From Singulisphaera sp. Ch08 (GTDB lineage Bacteria; Planctomycetota; Planctomycetia; Isosphaerales; Isosphaeraceae), in the NCBI RefSeq assembly GCF_045290345.1, contig NZ_CP155447.1, positions 693,078-757,077 of the forward strand: DNA of 64,000 nt, in the 5' to 3' direction. This document shows positions 37,526-46,498 of this stretch, in pieces. A program made the position numbers and the translations under genes. The notes below the pieces were generated by a model that saw only the letters and a program-made list of their open reading frames with translations, was not told the DNA's origin and ran no database searches. How positions within the stretch are numbered: the first letter of the stretch is position 1; each line of letters starts with the position of its first letter.

Positions 37526-39823
37526 TCATTTCTTTGGCCCGGTCGTGTTGAGCGGCAAGATCACGCGAAGCATCGTGGTCTGATCGACTTGCGGTGTGCT
37601 GGGGGCATTCTCTAGCGCCAGCCGCGAGGAAGCCCGGTCGATCCGCGCCACGAGCATCGGCCGATCCAACTGGAGCAGGCCGGTCAGGTCGAGGTAGTTG
37701 AGGGTGTTGCTGGCCATCGCGGATTCCGTCGCCGAGGCCGCCACGGCTTCGTGGAACATCAGGCCGAGCAACAGGTCGGGCCGATTGATGGAGGCTCCAT
37801 TGTTGTTGTCGTAAAAGGGCTGCTTGGGGAGATAGTTATTGATCTTATCCCGGATGTGGCCCGACAACTGGCGGTCCTGGCTCAGCGCGACCCGAACGGT
37901 GGCCCCCGGCTCGACCTCCCCGAGCAGATAGATCTGCCGGTTGTAGGCGAGAATGGCGTCGTGCAGCGCGACTCCCACTCGGTTGGTAACGGCCCCCTCC
38001 AGCCGGTCAGGGCCGGCCGGCCGCAGGTCGGACTCGATCAGTGGGGTCGCGGGGCCAGGTCCGAACCAACGGGCCGTGAGACACTTGGTGCTCCAGATCG
38101 GGATGCGAACTCCTTCGAGTTTCTCGGCTCCGCCCGCGGGGAGATACTCGTAACCACCGCTGGAGAAGCTCATCTGCGTGCGGTTGCCCATCCCGCCGAA
38201 GCCGGCCTCGGGGACGCCGAACCAGCTCAACGTCACGTCGGTGCCGACCGGCAGGCGAGCGGGGGCGTCGTCCGGGCTCGCGGGTGAGTCGCGATCGAGC
38301 GGCAACGGAATCACCGACGCGTTGTAGTCGCGGTTCTGCGGGCTAAAGATATCGAGATACGTACTCCCCCGAATCAGGCCCGAAGCCGGGACGGCATTCT
38401 CGGGGCCAGGCCCCTGGATAACGTCGACGATATCGACCTTGTTGACTCGCAGCACGTTCCCTTTGACGACGTAGGCCGCGTAGTAGGCGAGCAGACTCAC
38501 CGTCACCACGATCAAGGGGAAGGTGATCCAGGTCAGCTCCATCCGCTTGACCACCTTCTTGAGAAAGAGGTAGTCTCCCGGCCCGATCAGCAAGATATAG
38601 AGGAAGATGAAGAAGGCGACCCAGCCGAACGAGATCAGCTTGACCCCCTGGAACTGCTCGAGCGACTCGCGCAGCTTGGTGGAGAGGTCATGCACTCCCG
38701 ACTGGTAGATTCTCCCGGTCCCGCCCATCACCACCGCATTGGAAGTGCTGGTGTCAACGTTCATCCGACGCAGGCCGATCGCCCGGACCCAGAAGAGGCC
38801 CCGGTCCTCCCAGCTCGAGAACGGTTTCTGATCGACGTCCAAGGCAATGAGCGTGACCCGGCCAAAGCCGTGCGAGCCGCGGACGACCAGCGGAGCGCCC
38901 ACCGCCCGGCTGAGGACCTTGCCTCCCCGCTCTTCGATCTCCTCCAGCTTCGCGACCATCACCGCCGCGCCGCTCGGGGCAATCGGCTTGGTCGAGCCGC
39001 TGGCGAAGGACTCGATTGCCCCCAGGTCGTTGATCCGTTGCTGGCCGGTGGGCAAGGCGGGAAGGATCGGCGTGAGCACACTGTCGCGCACGGCCTGCCA
39101 GTTGGCCCCGACCGCCAACACGAGGTGCCCCCCCCGACGGACCCAGTCGACCAAGGCCCGGCCCCGGAGGGCGTCGAGCGAGGCCATGACCGCGCGATCG
39201 TTCGTGTCGAGCACCACCGCGCGGGCGGCGTCGTAACCATACCACCGCCCCGGCAGATATCCCCCCGCCGCATCCAACCGGGCAATGACGGTGCCCCGGT
39301 CGGGCGTGGACTGATCGACGCTAAACCCAGGGAGGGTCGGGATCAGGTCGACCCCTTGCGGCTTCCCCAGGGTCAGCACCAGCGTTTCGTCCGCATGGAT
39401 CGCGTCGAACTTCGCCAGCGACGTCCCCGCGATCCGAGGCATCCGCAGCTTCTGATTCGGATCCGAGAGCCGGATGTCAAAGTCGGGATCAACCGTCCCG
39501 GGACGGGTGTAGGTCGTGAACCGCTGACTCTCTCCCGGCCCCAGGTCAATCGCCTGATGGACCGTGGTCGGCGTGTCGTTGTCGTCGGGAACGACCAACT
39601 CCATCGACCCCGTGAACCGCTGGTCGCCCGCCTTGAGCTGGACCCAGACCGGGGTCCACGATCCCACCTTGAACAGGTTATTCGAGGTGCCCGTGGTGAA
39701 CCCGACGCGCAAGTTTTCCACCTCGATCGGTGGCCGCTTTGGCGCTCCCCACCCGTTGGCGGGCAAGAGGCCAGCCAACGCCACGACCGCCGCCAACGGC
39801 CAACGTCCCAGACGAGGTTGCAT
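37526..39823 (-). CDS. Hypothetical 765-aa exported protein with two central transmembrane helices, possibly an ABC-transporter-associated (GldG-like) protein.
   Basis: It has a signal peptide MQPRLGRWPLAAVVALAGLLPANGWG and a central hydrophobic stretch LISFGWVAFFIFLYILLIGPG...LTWITFPLIVVTVSLLAYYAAYVV. It is codirectional with and upstream of the ABC ATPase. No catalytic motifs were recognised. The plus-strand ORF 38690..39907 is a shadow. Confidence 0.45.
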   Translation of the reverse strand: MQPRLGRWPLAAVVALAGLLPANGWGAPKRPPIEVENLRVGFTTGTSNNLFKVGSWTPVWVQLKAGDQRFTGSMELVVPDDNDTPTTVHQAIDLGPGESQRFTTYTRPGTVDPDFDIRLSDPNQKLRMPRIAGTSLAKFDAIHADETLVLTLGKPQGVDLIPTLPGFSVDQSTPDRGTVIARLDAAGGYLPGRWYGYDAARAVVLDTNDRAVMASLDALRGRALVDWVRRGGHLVLAVGANWQAVRDSVLTPILPALPTGQQRINDLGAIESFASGSTKPIAPSGAAVMVAKLEEIEERGGKVLSRAVGAPLVVRGSHGFGRVTLIALDVDQKPFSSWEDRGLFWVRAIGLRRMNVDTSTSNAVVMGGTGRIYQSGVHDLSTKLRESLEQFQGVKLISFGWVAFFIFLYILLIGPGDYLFLKKVVKRMELTWITFPLIVVTVSLLAYYAAYVVKGNVLRVNKVDIVDVIQGPGPENAVPASGLIRGSTYLDIFSPQNRDYNASVIPLPLDRDSPASPDDAPARLPVGTDVTLSWFGVPEAGFGGMGNRTQMSFSSGGYEYLPAGGAEKLEGVRIPIWSTKCLTARWFGPGPATPLIESDLRPAGPDRLEGAVTNRVGVALHDAILAYNRQIYLLGEVEPGATVRVALSQDRQLSGHIRDKINNYLPKQPFYDNNNGASINRPDLLLGLMFHEAVAASATESAMASNTLNYLDLTGLLQLDRPMLVARIDRASSRLALENAPSTPQVDQTTMLRVILPLNTTGPKK

Positions 39824-39939
39824 GATGCGCGTTCCTTGAAAATCGAGTCGAGACGAGACGAGCGGTCGCCAAAACGTCTCGTAGGCGGGATCCGGTCCAC
39901 CAGTTGAGAGCCTGGTAGACCGAGGTCTCCCCTACGGGA

Positions 39940-40266
39940 TCAAGGTTTCTCAGACGGGTCGCAAACGCAAGGCAAGGCGCGACACCCCGGACAGGCCGTC
40001 CCATACTTCTTCTGGACCGCCGCCTCGAGGTCGACCCCCCGGATATTGGCCAAAGTCACCAGCCACGCCAGAACGTCAGCCATCTCCAGGGCGAGTTCCT
40101 CGGTCGTGCCCGACCGCAACGCGGTCGCCAGCTCGCCGAATTCCTCGGTCAACCAGAGGAACGTGGCCGCATCCCCCCGCGCCTCGTCCTTCGCGCCATA
40201 CATCTCGCGGATCAGCCGCTGCAAGCTGCCGATCGTCAAACCACCTGCCGGTTGTTCGTTCATCAC
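39940..40266 (-). CDS. MazG-like nucleotide pyrophosphohydrolase domain protein.
   Basis: The translation reads ...IREMYGAKDEARGDAATFLWLTEEFGELATALRSGTTEELALEMADVLAWLVTLANIRGVDLEAAVQKKY..., the MazG EExxE...D pattern. Confidence 0.75.
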   Translation of the reverse strand: MMNEQPAGGLTIGSLQRLIREMYGAKDEARGDAATFLWLTEEFGELATALRSGTTEELALEMADVLAWLVTLANIRGVDLEAAVQKKYGTACPGCRALPCVCDPSEKP

Positions 40267-40564
40267 ACCTAGATCTTACAAAAGTCCTTAGCCCAAATGC
40301 AAATCCCAAACGATGCGCCTGGCCTGGCCCCCCCCTGTGACAAGCGAAGGGAAAAGAGCAGGCGCATTCTGTAGGCTTCGCTTCGGCCAACGACTTTGTT
40401 CAAATGTCCCGGCCAATCTTCCGGGCCGAATCGAGCCGATCGACGCGAACACGATGTCGCTGTAGAGTTTACGTATCGACTTCATCGGCCGCAAGAGCCG
40501 AGCCAGCCCCCAGAGGCAGAGGAATCCGTTCCTCATCGCGAACGATGGGGGCGAGGCCGGAGCG

Positions 40565-41944
40565 TCAGTTTTGCGGCCAGAGTGAATTGATGAGCTCCAC
40601 GGTGCGATCCACGAGGACTTGCCCCCCTTCCGGTCCGACAAGATTGCTCTCGGGGATGGCACTATAACCTCCGCCATGGACGGCGTGCTCGGTCGGCAGG
40701 TAGGAGCCTGGCCCAGCCAGCTGAATGAGGAAGGTTTGGATCGCTGGACTGCGGGCCTTCATCTGGATCCCGTACTCGGTGAACAGTTCGAAGACGTTCG
40801 TGGCGATGGCCACGTCGCCGAGCCGGATGACGTGGAGTTCCATGAGGAACGGGTCGATGGGGCCGGCCTTTTGCTGTTCGAAGCGGTCCACCACTTTCTG
40901 GTGCCAGCCCACCGTGCGCTGATTTTTCGGGTCTTTGGAGAGTTTTTCGACATTCGCCCTGGCCGCGGCGGCTTCCGACTCGGTGATAATTCGAGGGGGG
41001 AGCTTGATCGTCTCGACTTTATGGACCAGGGGGACGCCGGCGTTCTGTTCTTTACGGGCCCCCTCGTAGGCCTCATCCCAGGCCGCGACGATCCGTCGTG
41101 ACAACTCTTGCAGGCGGGTCAGGCCGCGGAGTGTTCGCATCCGTTCCTCGGCGAGTTTCCGATACATCAGGTGCGGCGACTGATCGCCCGCCGCGCCGGT
41201 CCAGGCCAGAACCAGCAGATCCTTGCCATGTTTCGCTCGCAAGGATTCGCGGACTTCGTGCCAGAAGTCGGCGGTCACAACCGAGAGTGATTCAACCTCC
41301 TGGGCCGGGCAGGCGATATTGATCGCCGTTGCGAGCAGTTTTCCTTCCGGATTCCAGAAGAAGAGGACTTCGACACCTTGATCTTCCGACCCTTCGATGC
41401 CCCGAAAGTCGGCCCGATTCGTGAGGCCATACATTTGGGCGTGGCCATCGGCATAGATCGCTCGCCGATTCTGGGCCACCACCGCATGCCCCAGCCCCCA
41501 GCCCGCGCGTGCTGGTTGGCGTGATTCCCAGGCCTTCACGGCCGCGTCGACGACCTGGCTCGCGAGAAACTCCGCGTACTCGGCCGGTTGCATCACGCCA
41601 TCCTTGGGGATGGCGTACTGCCCTTCCTTCATGACGGGCGCGGTGTGCGTGTGCGTGGCGTTGAGCACCAGTTTCTGACTATCGAGGTCGGGGAGCCGTT
41701 CCTTGACTCGCCGACGAACCTGTTCAAAGACGGCCGCGTCAATCGAGACCAGATCACAAGAGACCAGGACCGCCTGGTCGAGAACCTTGTCGCCATCCCT
41801 GGATTCCAAGGCCAGGGCCGTCGCCGTCACCGGACTCTCAACGTCCCGGGCGATCCGGGTCCGCATCTGCCCCGCAGCGCCACCGGTCGATCGGGTGTGA
41901 TGCTGACGGTCGCCCCTCCAACACGGAGTTCGGCAGACTGGCAT
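40565..41944 (-). CDS. Hypothetical hydrolase resembling neutral/alkaline ceramidase N-terminal-domain proteins. Its signal peptide and first strand lie in a different frame (41827..42039), so it may be a frameshifted gene.
   Basis: The main frame reads ...TATALALESRDGDKVLDQAVLVSCDLVSID...LNATHTHTAPV.... The adjacent frame encodes MLIANLSLPSFFARTVAAVVLVSSVTVGGG...LRVGGATVSITPDRPVAL, a typical family N-terminus. Confidence 0.4.
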   Translation of the reverse strand: MPVCRTPCWRGDRQHHTRSTGGAAGQMRTRIARDVESPVTATALALESRDGDKVLDQAVLVSCDLVSIDAAVFEQVRRRVKERLPDLDSQKLVLNATHTHTAPVMKEGQYAIPKDGVMQPAEYAEFLASQVVDAAVKAWESRQPARAGWGLGHAVVAQNRRAIYADGHAQMYGLTNRADFRGIEGSEDQGVEVLFFWNPEGKLLATAINIACPAQEVESLSVVTADFWHEVRESLRAKHGKDLLVLAWTGAAGDQSPHLMYRKLAEERMRTLRGLTRLQELSRRIVAAWDEAYEGARKEQNAGVPLVHKVETIKLPPRIITESEAAAARANVEKLSKDPKNQRTVGWHQKVVDRFEQQKAGPIDPFLMELHVIRLGDVAIATNVFELFTEYGIQMKARSPAIQTFLIQLAGPGSYLPTEHAVHGGGYSAIPESNLVGPEGGQVLVDRTVELINSLWPQN

Positions 41945-42153
41945 TCACCACCTCCCCCGACCGTAACGCTGGAAACCAGCACGACGGCGGCGACAGTCCG
42001 GGCGAAAAACGATGGCAGACTCAGATTCGCAATCAACATTCATGAGCCCTCACGAAGATAACTCTTCAGAACATCATTGAAAGTTTTCGAGATGAGACTG
42101 AGCGAGCCCAGCCAGGCCAAGCCCGCTCGCCGGGAGGCCTCTCCACAAGAGGT

Positions 42154-42480
42154 TCATGCCGGCTTGGCGGGCATGCTTCCTTCATCGGTTGGGAGCTTGG
42201 TCTTCACCGCGGCGGTGGGGCTGTGGCCGTTGGCGGCCACTTTTTCGGAGTCGGCGGCGGTGTCGACCATCTTGCCGAAGAAGTCGGGCATCTTGACGCC
42301 GCCGATATTCTCCATGATCTGGAGCACGGGGGGGAGTGTCTTGGCCATATTCTGGAGGAAACCGGCGGTGGCGCCCGTGCCGTTGGAGCCACCGTTCTCC
42401 CAGACGATGACCTTGTCGAACTTGATGTTCGAGATCGCCTGCGAGAGCGTTCGGAAGCGGAATGGTGGCCAGGCACTTAA
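42154..42480 (-). pseudogene. Duplicated 3' fragment of the flotillin gene (C-terminal ~100 codons plus stop region).
   Basis: The DNA at 42165-42475 is near-identical to 44785-45095. It encodes ...AAQAISNIKFDKVIVWENGGSNGTGATAGFLQNMAKTLPPVLQIMENIGGVKMPDFFGKMVDTAADSEKVAANGHSPTA, then a tail AVKTKLPTDEGSMPAKPA* that differs from the intact gene's tail. Confidence 0.75.
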
Positions 42481-42586
42481 AGAAGGCAAAGCGAGGAACC
42501 TGGACAATTCGTCGAGGTCAGCAGCCGACCATCCATTTTCGCTGAAACTCCCCGAGGCCCCAATTGAAGTGCCTGGCCACTCAATT
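42468..42586. repeat. E-family MITE-like repeat, copy 1 (~120 bp, 14 bp terminal inverted repeats).
   Basis: The sequence is AATGGTGGCCAGGCACTTAAAGAAGG...CCATCCATTTTCGCTGAAACTCCCCGAGGCCCCAATTGAAGTGCCTGGCCACTCAAT. The ends GTGGCCAGGCACTT and AAGTGCCTGGCCAC are reverse complements. Confidence 0.8.
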
Positions 42587-42708
42587 CGCTCCTCTTCTTG
42601 AAGGTGCAACGAATGGCAAGGGGATTCGCGGAAACCCACCGGGGAATGACCTCTTGGCCCTCCTCACATCTTCGGTACTCAACGGCTCGCCAGGAAGACT
42701 GCTCTGCA

Positions 42709-43131
42709 TCACCCCTGTGAAGAGGTTCTCCCACTCGACCGGCTCGATTCTTCTCTCGGGCTAGCCTTTGCTGGTCGAGTCGAGCTCGCAGATCCGTCGG
42801 AAGCCCGCTTCGGCTTCGTCGCCGCCTCGCCGATCGGCAGGAACCTGACCTCGACACGTTGTCCCAGCGCGGCCGCAACGCGCCGGAGCATCGAGAGCGA
42901 GTGCCCATCGTAGTCCGCTTGCTCAATCCTTGAGATCACCGAGGCTTGGGTGCCAACCTTTTGAGCGAGTGCACGGGTCGAGAGCCCGGCTTCAGTACGC
43001 AGTCGATTCAGCTCGACTCCGATTTCCAAATCGGCACACGTCCTATCGAACGACGCGGCCCGCTCGGGGTCACCACCGATGTACCCGTCGATCAGGGCTT
43101 GCAGGCCTTTGGACTTTGCTCGCGATGGCAT
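42709..43131 (-). CDS. HTH XRE-family antitoxin (HigA-like).
   Basis: The translation reads MPSRAKSKGLQALIDGY...LNRLRTEAGLSTRALAQKVGTQASVISRIEQADYDGHSLSMLRRVAAALGQRVEVRF (helix-turn-helix). The start codon lies 4 nt after the toxin stop. Confidence 0.7.
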   Translation of the reverse strand: MPSRAKSKGLQALIDGYIGGDPERAASFDRTCADLEIGVELNRLRTEAGLSTRALAQKVGTQASVISRIEQADYDGHSLSMLRRVAAALGQRVEVRFLPIGEAATKPKRASDGSASSTRPAKASPREESSRSSGRTSSQG

Positions 43132-43135
43132 CGGG

Positions 43136-43507
43136 TTACTCCTCCGGTTGGAACGTGTGCCGCTCGGGATCGGTGATAAACTTCGCGACACGGGCTTTGG
43201 CCAGAGCGATTTCCTTGGGTGGGATGATTCGTTCCTTGGCGAAACCGTGGGTCACGACGACAGCTTCCTGCCCGTGGAAGGCATAAAGTAATCGGAGGTT
43301 CACCCGACCGGATTTGACCCGCAACTCATAAATATCGTCACCTAAGTTTTCGACATACGGCCGGCGCAGTTCGTGACCATGATTGCCAAGAATGACCAAG
43401 GCCGCGAGGCAACGCTCTTGCGATTTCCGATCGAGAGAGTTCAGCCACAACCACAAGGGAACCGAGCCATCTTCCTCCTGATAGATTCTGACTTCGGTTT
43501 GCGGCAT
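43136..43507 (-). CDS. HigB-like / RelE-ParE superfamily toxin (phage Gp49-like killer protein family).
   Basis: The translation starts MPQTEVRIYQEEDGSVPLWLWLNSL, with the family pattern ...GHELRRPYVENLGDDIYELRVKSGRVNLRLLYAFHGQEAVVVTHGFAKE.... The toxin lies upstream of the antitoxin, as in higBA. Confidence 0.7.
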   Translation of the reverse strand: MPQTEVRIYQEEDGSVPLWLWLNSLDRKSQERCLAALVILGNHGHELRRPYVENLGDDIYELRVKSGRVNLRLLYAFHGQEAVVVTHGFAKERIIPPKEIALAKARVAKFITDPERHTFQPEE

Positions 43508-43613
43508 CGGCCCGATTCCCCAACTCCTTCTTTCAACTCACAAATTGTACGCAATATTGCGATCAAGCCAAGGAACCCGGGGGCCATTTCTTCTTTGCTA
43601 CTGCGAACCATGC

Positions 43614-43740
43614 GGAATAGTGGCCAGGCACTTAAAGAAGGTAAAGTGGGAAACCTGCATCAATCATCAAGGGCGGCAACCGACCATCCATTTTCGCTGA
43701 AACTCCCCGAGGCCCCAATTGAAGTGCCTGGCCACTCAAT
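43614..43740. repeat. E-family MITE-like repeat, copy 2.
   Basis: The sequence is AATAGTGGCCAGGCACTTAAAGAAGGTAAAGTGGGAAACCTGCATCAATCATCAAGGGCGGCAACCGACCATCCATTTTCGCTGAAACTCCCCGAGGCCCCAATTGAAGTGCCTGGCCACTCAAT. Confidence 0.8.
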
Positions 43741-43892
43741 ACCGCCCCGGTGCACCTCGCCAGGCGAGCCTGGCAGGCCTGCAAACCTTCTCGGAGGCGG
43801 TCGTCATCGTGAGCCCTGTTCGGGCTTGGCAATCCCAACGAGAAGCGAGAAGTGACCTATCCTGAGGAAACTCAAACAAGAGAGATCGCACA

Positions 43893-44414
43893 ATGGCCGG
43901 TCCGGTTCGCAAGATGTCCGAGGTCATGCTGAAAATGGCGGAACACATCCTCCGTAAGTCCGCCGAGGACACCTCGGACGAGGCGGCACATGCCGCGCTC
44001 TTCTTCGCCAACATCGCCTGGAACGAGTGCGTCGGGATCGACAATCCCCGGAATCACCACCGCAAAATCTGGGAAACGTTCGAAGCCTCGAACCCCTCAT
44101 TCTGGAACGAGTTGAAGTCAAACAACACGGACGCCCTGATCGACGATCTCGTCCGTTACAAACAGGCCCACTACCCCGAGGATCGACGCCGTATTCTCAT
44201 ATGCGGCATGATGCCAAACGGGAACATTCGGGTCGAATGGTTGCCCACGGCCGCTCCCGGGGTCGATCCCAAGTGGGAATTGCAGTTGTACGGGCTGGTG
44301 AGGACCGGCGACCAACCGGGGGCCATCCGCTTCCTGCGAAAGACGCGGGGCCTGTCCCGCAACGAGGCGATGAAGCAAGTGGCGGCAGTCGCCACCGGGC
44401 TGGGGATCAAGTAG
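43893..44414 (+). CDS. Hypothetical protein (173 aa), cargo ORF of the micro-island.
   Basis: It is an intact ORF between E2 and E3 with no recognisable motifs. The translation reads MAGPVRKMSEVMLKMAEHILRKSAEDTSDEAAHAALFFANIAWNECVGIDNP.... Confidence 0.4.
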   Translation: MAGPVRKMSEVMLKMAEHILRKSAEDTSDEAAHAALFFANIAWNECVGIDNPRNHHRKIWETFEASNPSFWNELKSNNTDALIDDLVRYKQAHYPEDRRRILICGMMPNGNIRVEWLPTAAPGVDPKWELQLYGLVRTGDQPGAIRFLRKTRGLSRNEAMKQVAAVATGLGIK

Positions 44415-44592
44415 AATCAGGCATTCAGGACCGTGAGCGCGGAAGGGAACGGCGGTGGGACGACGGCGACAGCGACGCGGCAAATCCAAGGGCAGGTTCT
44501 TCCTGGAACGCGGCGGGGTCGAACTGCAACTCTATACCCTGAATATGTTCTTGCTCAGCGGCCTGTTCAGCGAAAGCTACGCCAGGAGCCGG

Positions 44593-44749
44593 AATGGTGG
44601 CCAGGCACCTAAAGAAGGTAAGAGGGAAACCTGGACAAGTCGTCAAGGCCGGCAGCCGACTATCCATTTTCGCTGAATCTCCCAGAGACCCCAATTGAAG
44701 TGCCTGGCCACTCAATCTGAATCCCAATTGAAGTGCCTGGCCACTCAAT
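44593..44749. repeat. E-family repeat, copy 3, with a tandem duplication of the terminal 26-mer.
   Basis: The sequence GGAATGGTGGCCAGGCACCTAAAGAAGG... ends ...CCCAATTGAAGTGCCTGGCCACTCAATCTGAATCCCAATTGAAGTGCCTGGCCACTCAAT. It abuts the flotillin stop at 44768. Confidence 0.8.
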
Positions 44750-44767
44750 CGAGTCTCTCCCGATGGT

Positions 44768-46465
44768 TCAGGACGGCTTGGCGGGCCGGCTCCCCGCATC
44801 GGCGGCGAACTTGGGTTTGGAGTCGGGGGCCGGGACCGGGGCGCCAGCCCTCGCGGTGGGGCTGTGGCCGTTGGCGGCCACTTTCTCGGAGTCGGCGGCG
44901 GTGTCGACCATCTTGCCGAAGAAGTCGGGCATCTTGACGCCGCCGATATTCTCCATGATCTGGAGCACGGGGGGGAGTGTCTTGGCCATATTCTGGAGGA
45001 AACCGGCGGTGGCGCCCGTGCCGTTGGAGCCACCGTTCTCCCAGACGATGACCTTGTCGAACTTGATGTTCGAGATCGCCTGCGCGGCGGTCTGCGAGAG
45101 CGTGTCGATGTGTTCGAGCATCAGCAGTTGGAAGGCTTCCTGCGAGCCGCCGCAAGCGGAGACGATCTCACGGAGTCCCTCTGCCTTCTTGGCAAGGATC
45201 TCGTAATTGCCACGGGCCTCGGCTTCGAGCTTGGCGAAGATCGCCTTGGCGTCGCCCTCGGCCTCGATCCGCCGGCGCTCGGCCGCGGCCTCGGCTTCGA
45301 CGATCACCTGCGCCTTCTTGGCCTTGGCGACGGCTTCGAGTAGGGCCCGCTGTTCGGCCTCGATCTTCTCGGCCTGGGCCAGCGCGGCCTTGGTCTGGGC
45401 ACGGAAGGCGGCCTCCTCGACGCCGGCATCAGCCTCGCGCCGCTTGGTCTCGCCGATCTGGAACGCCTCGGCCTGCTTGAAGGCGAGGTCGGCATTCGAG
45501 GCGGCGATCTTCGCCTTGGCCTCGTTCTCACCGCTGATCGCCTGGGCGTCCGCTTCGGCGAGTTTGATCCGCATCGCGCGCTCGGCGAGCTTAACGCTGG
45601 CCTGCTGCTCGAATGCGGCCGTCTCAACGCCGATCTTTTCTTCCTTCAGCAACTCGGCGACCTGGACGGCCCGCTCACGCTCGGCCCCCTTGGTCCCGAT
45701 CTCGCGGAGCTTCTCGGCGTTCGCGACCTCGATGGCCTGCAACTGCTTCGCCTTGGCCACGCCGATCGACCCATATTTCTGCTGCTCGGCGACATCGATC
45801 TCGGCCTGATGAATCGCGGTGCTGGCCGCCTTACGGCCGATCGCCTCGATGTACCCCGAGTCGTCGGTCAAGTCGGTGATGTTGACGTTGATCAGCACCA
45901 GCCCGATCTTCCGCAGTTCCAGCTCCAGCGAGTTCTGGATGTTCTCCAGGAACTTCTCACGATCGCGGTTGATCTCGTCGATCGACATCGACGCGATCAC
46001 CTGGCGAAGCTGACCGAAGATCAGGTCGGCCGCCTGGGCGCTGACCTGATCGCGACTCAGGTTCAAGAGCCGGATCGCGGCGTTCTGCATCACCTCGGGC
46101 TCGGTGCCAATGGCGACGGTAAAGACGCTCGGAACATTCACCCGGATATTCTCGACCGAAAGCGCCCCACGCAGCGGGATCTCGATCTGGATCGGCTCCA
46201 GCGCCAGGTAGTCATAGTCCTGGAAAATCGGAAAGACGAGCGTTCCACCGCCGTGAACGCAAGTGGCCGACTTCGCCCCTGTCCCCACGCCCCACTTGAC
46301 CAGCACCTTGTTGGAGGGACAACGCTTGTAGCAACGCAGAGCCGTGGTGACGACCCCGAAGACGGCCACCGCGAACAACGCGGCGCCGACCACCGGCCAC
46401 CAACCTGAGCTATGCGTCTGATTGACCAGATTTAACTCAGCAACGACAAACGAGAGCATAATCAT
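44768..46465 (-). CDS. Flotillin (FloT/YuaG-like SPFH/band-7 protein).
   Basis: It has an N-terminal transmembrane segment (MIMLSFVVAELNLV...GWWPVVGAALFAVAVFGVV), an SPFH block (...LVFPIFQDYDYLALEPIQIEIPLRGALSVENIRVNVPSVFTVAIG...) and long EA-rich coiled coils. The plus-strand ORFs 45207..45809 and 45809..46408 are shadows. Confidence 0.85.
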   Translation of the reverse strand: MIMLSFVVAELNLVNQTHSSGWWPVVGAALFAVAVFGVVTTALRCYKRCPSNKVLVKWGVGTGAKSATCVHGGGTLVFPIFQDYDYLALEPIQIEIPLRGALSVENIRVNVPSVFTVAIGTEPEVMQNAAIRLLNLSRDQVSAQAADLIFGQLRQVIASMSIDEINRDREKFLENIQNSLELELRKIGLVLINVNITDLTDDSGYIEAIGRKAASTAIHQAEIDVAEQQKYGSIGVAKAKQLQAIEVANAEKLREIGTKGAERERAVQVAELLKEEKIGVETAAFEQQASVKLAERAMRIKLAEADAQAISGENEAKAKIAASNADLAFKQAEAFQIGETKRREADAGVEEAAFRAQTKAALAQAEKIEAEQRALLEAVAKAKKAQVIVEAEAAAERRRIEAEGDAKAIFAKLEAEARGNYEILAKKAEGLREIVSACGGSQEAFQLLMLEHIDTLSQTAAQAISNIKFDKVIVWENGGSNGTGATAGFLQNMAKTLPPVLQIMENIGGVKMPDFFGKMVDTAADSEKVAANGHSPTARAGAPVPAPDSKPKFAADAGSRPAKPS

Positions 46466-46498
46466 AACAACTTCACTCGTTATAAAATTCGATCGGGC

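Larger units (their letters stand above)
42154..44760. mobile_element. Integrase-less micro-island inserted at the 3' end of the flotillin gene, bounded by direct repeats of the gene's 3' end. It carries a TA module and an orphan ORF punctuated by three E repeats.
   Basis: See the component features at 42154-42480, 42468-42586, 42709-43507, 43614-43740, 43893-44414 and 44593-44749. Confidence 0.55.

Noticed and set aside
42077-42601. Plus-strand ORF 42077..42601 and minus-strand ORFs 42477..42926 and 43632..43838 overlapping the E repeats and the duplicated flotillin fragment.
   Set aside because: They are translations of repeat or duplicated DNA. The coding sense of the duplicated segment is the minus strand, identical to the flotillin C-terminus.
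42468-44749. E repeats as integron attC sites or a cassette array.
   Set aside because: There is no intI or attI in the window. The cargo genes are in opposite orientations. The ends do not match the R''/R' core sites (GTTRRRY/RYYYAAC). The MITE-like inverted-repeat description is kept instead.
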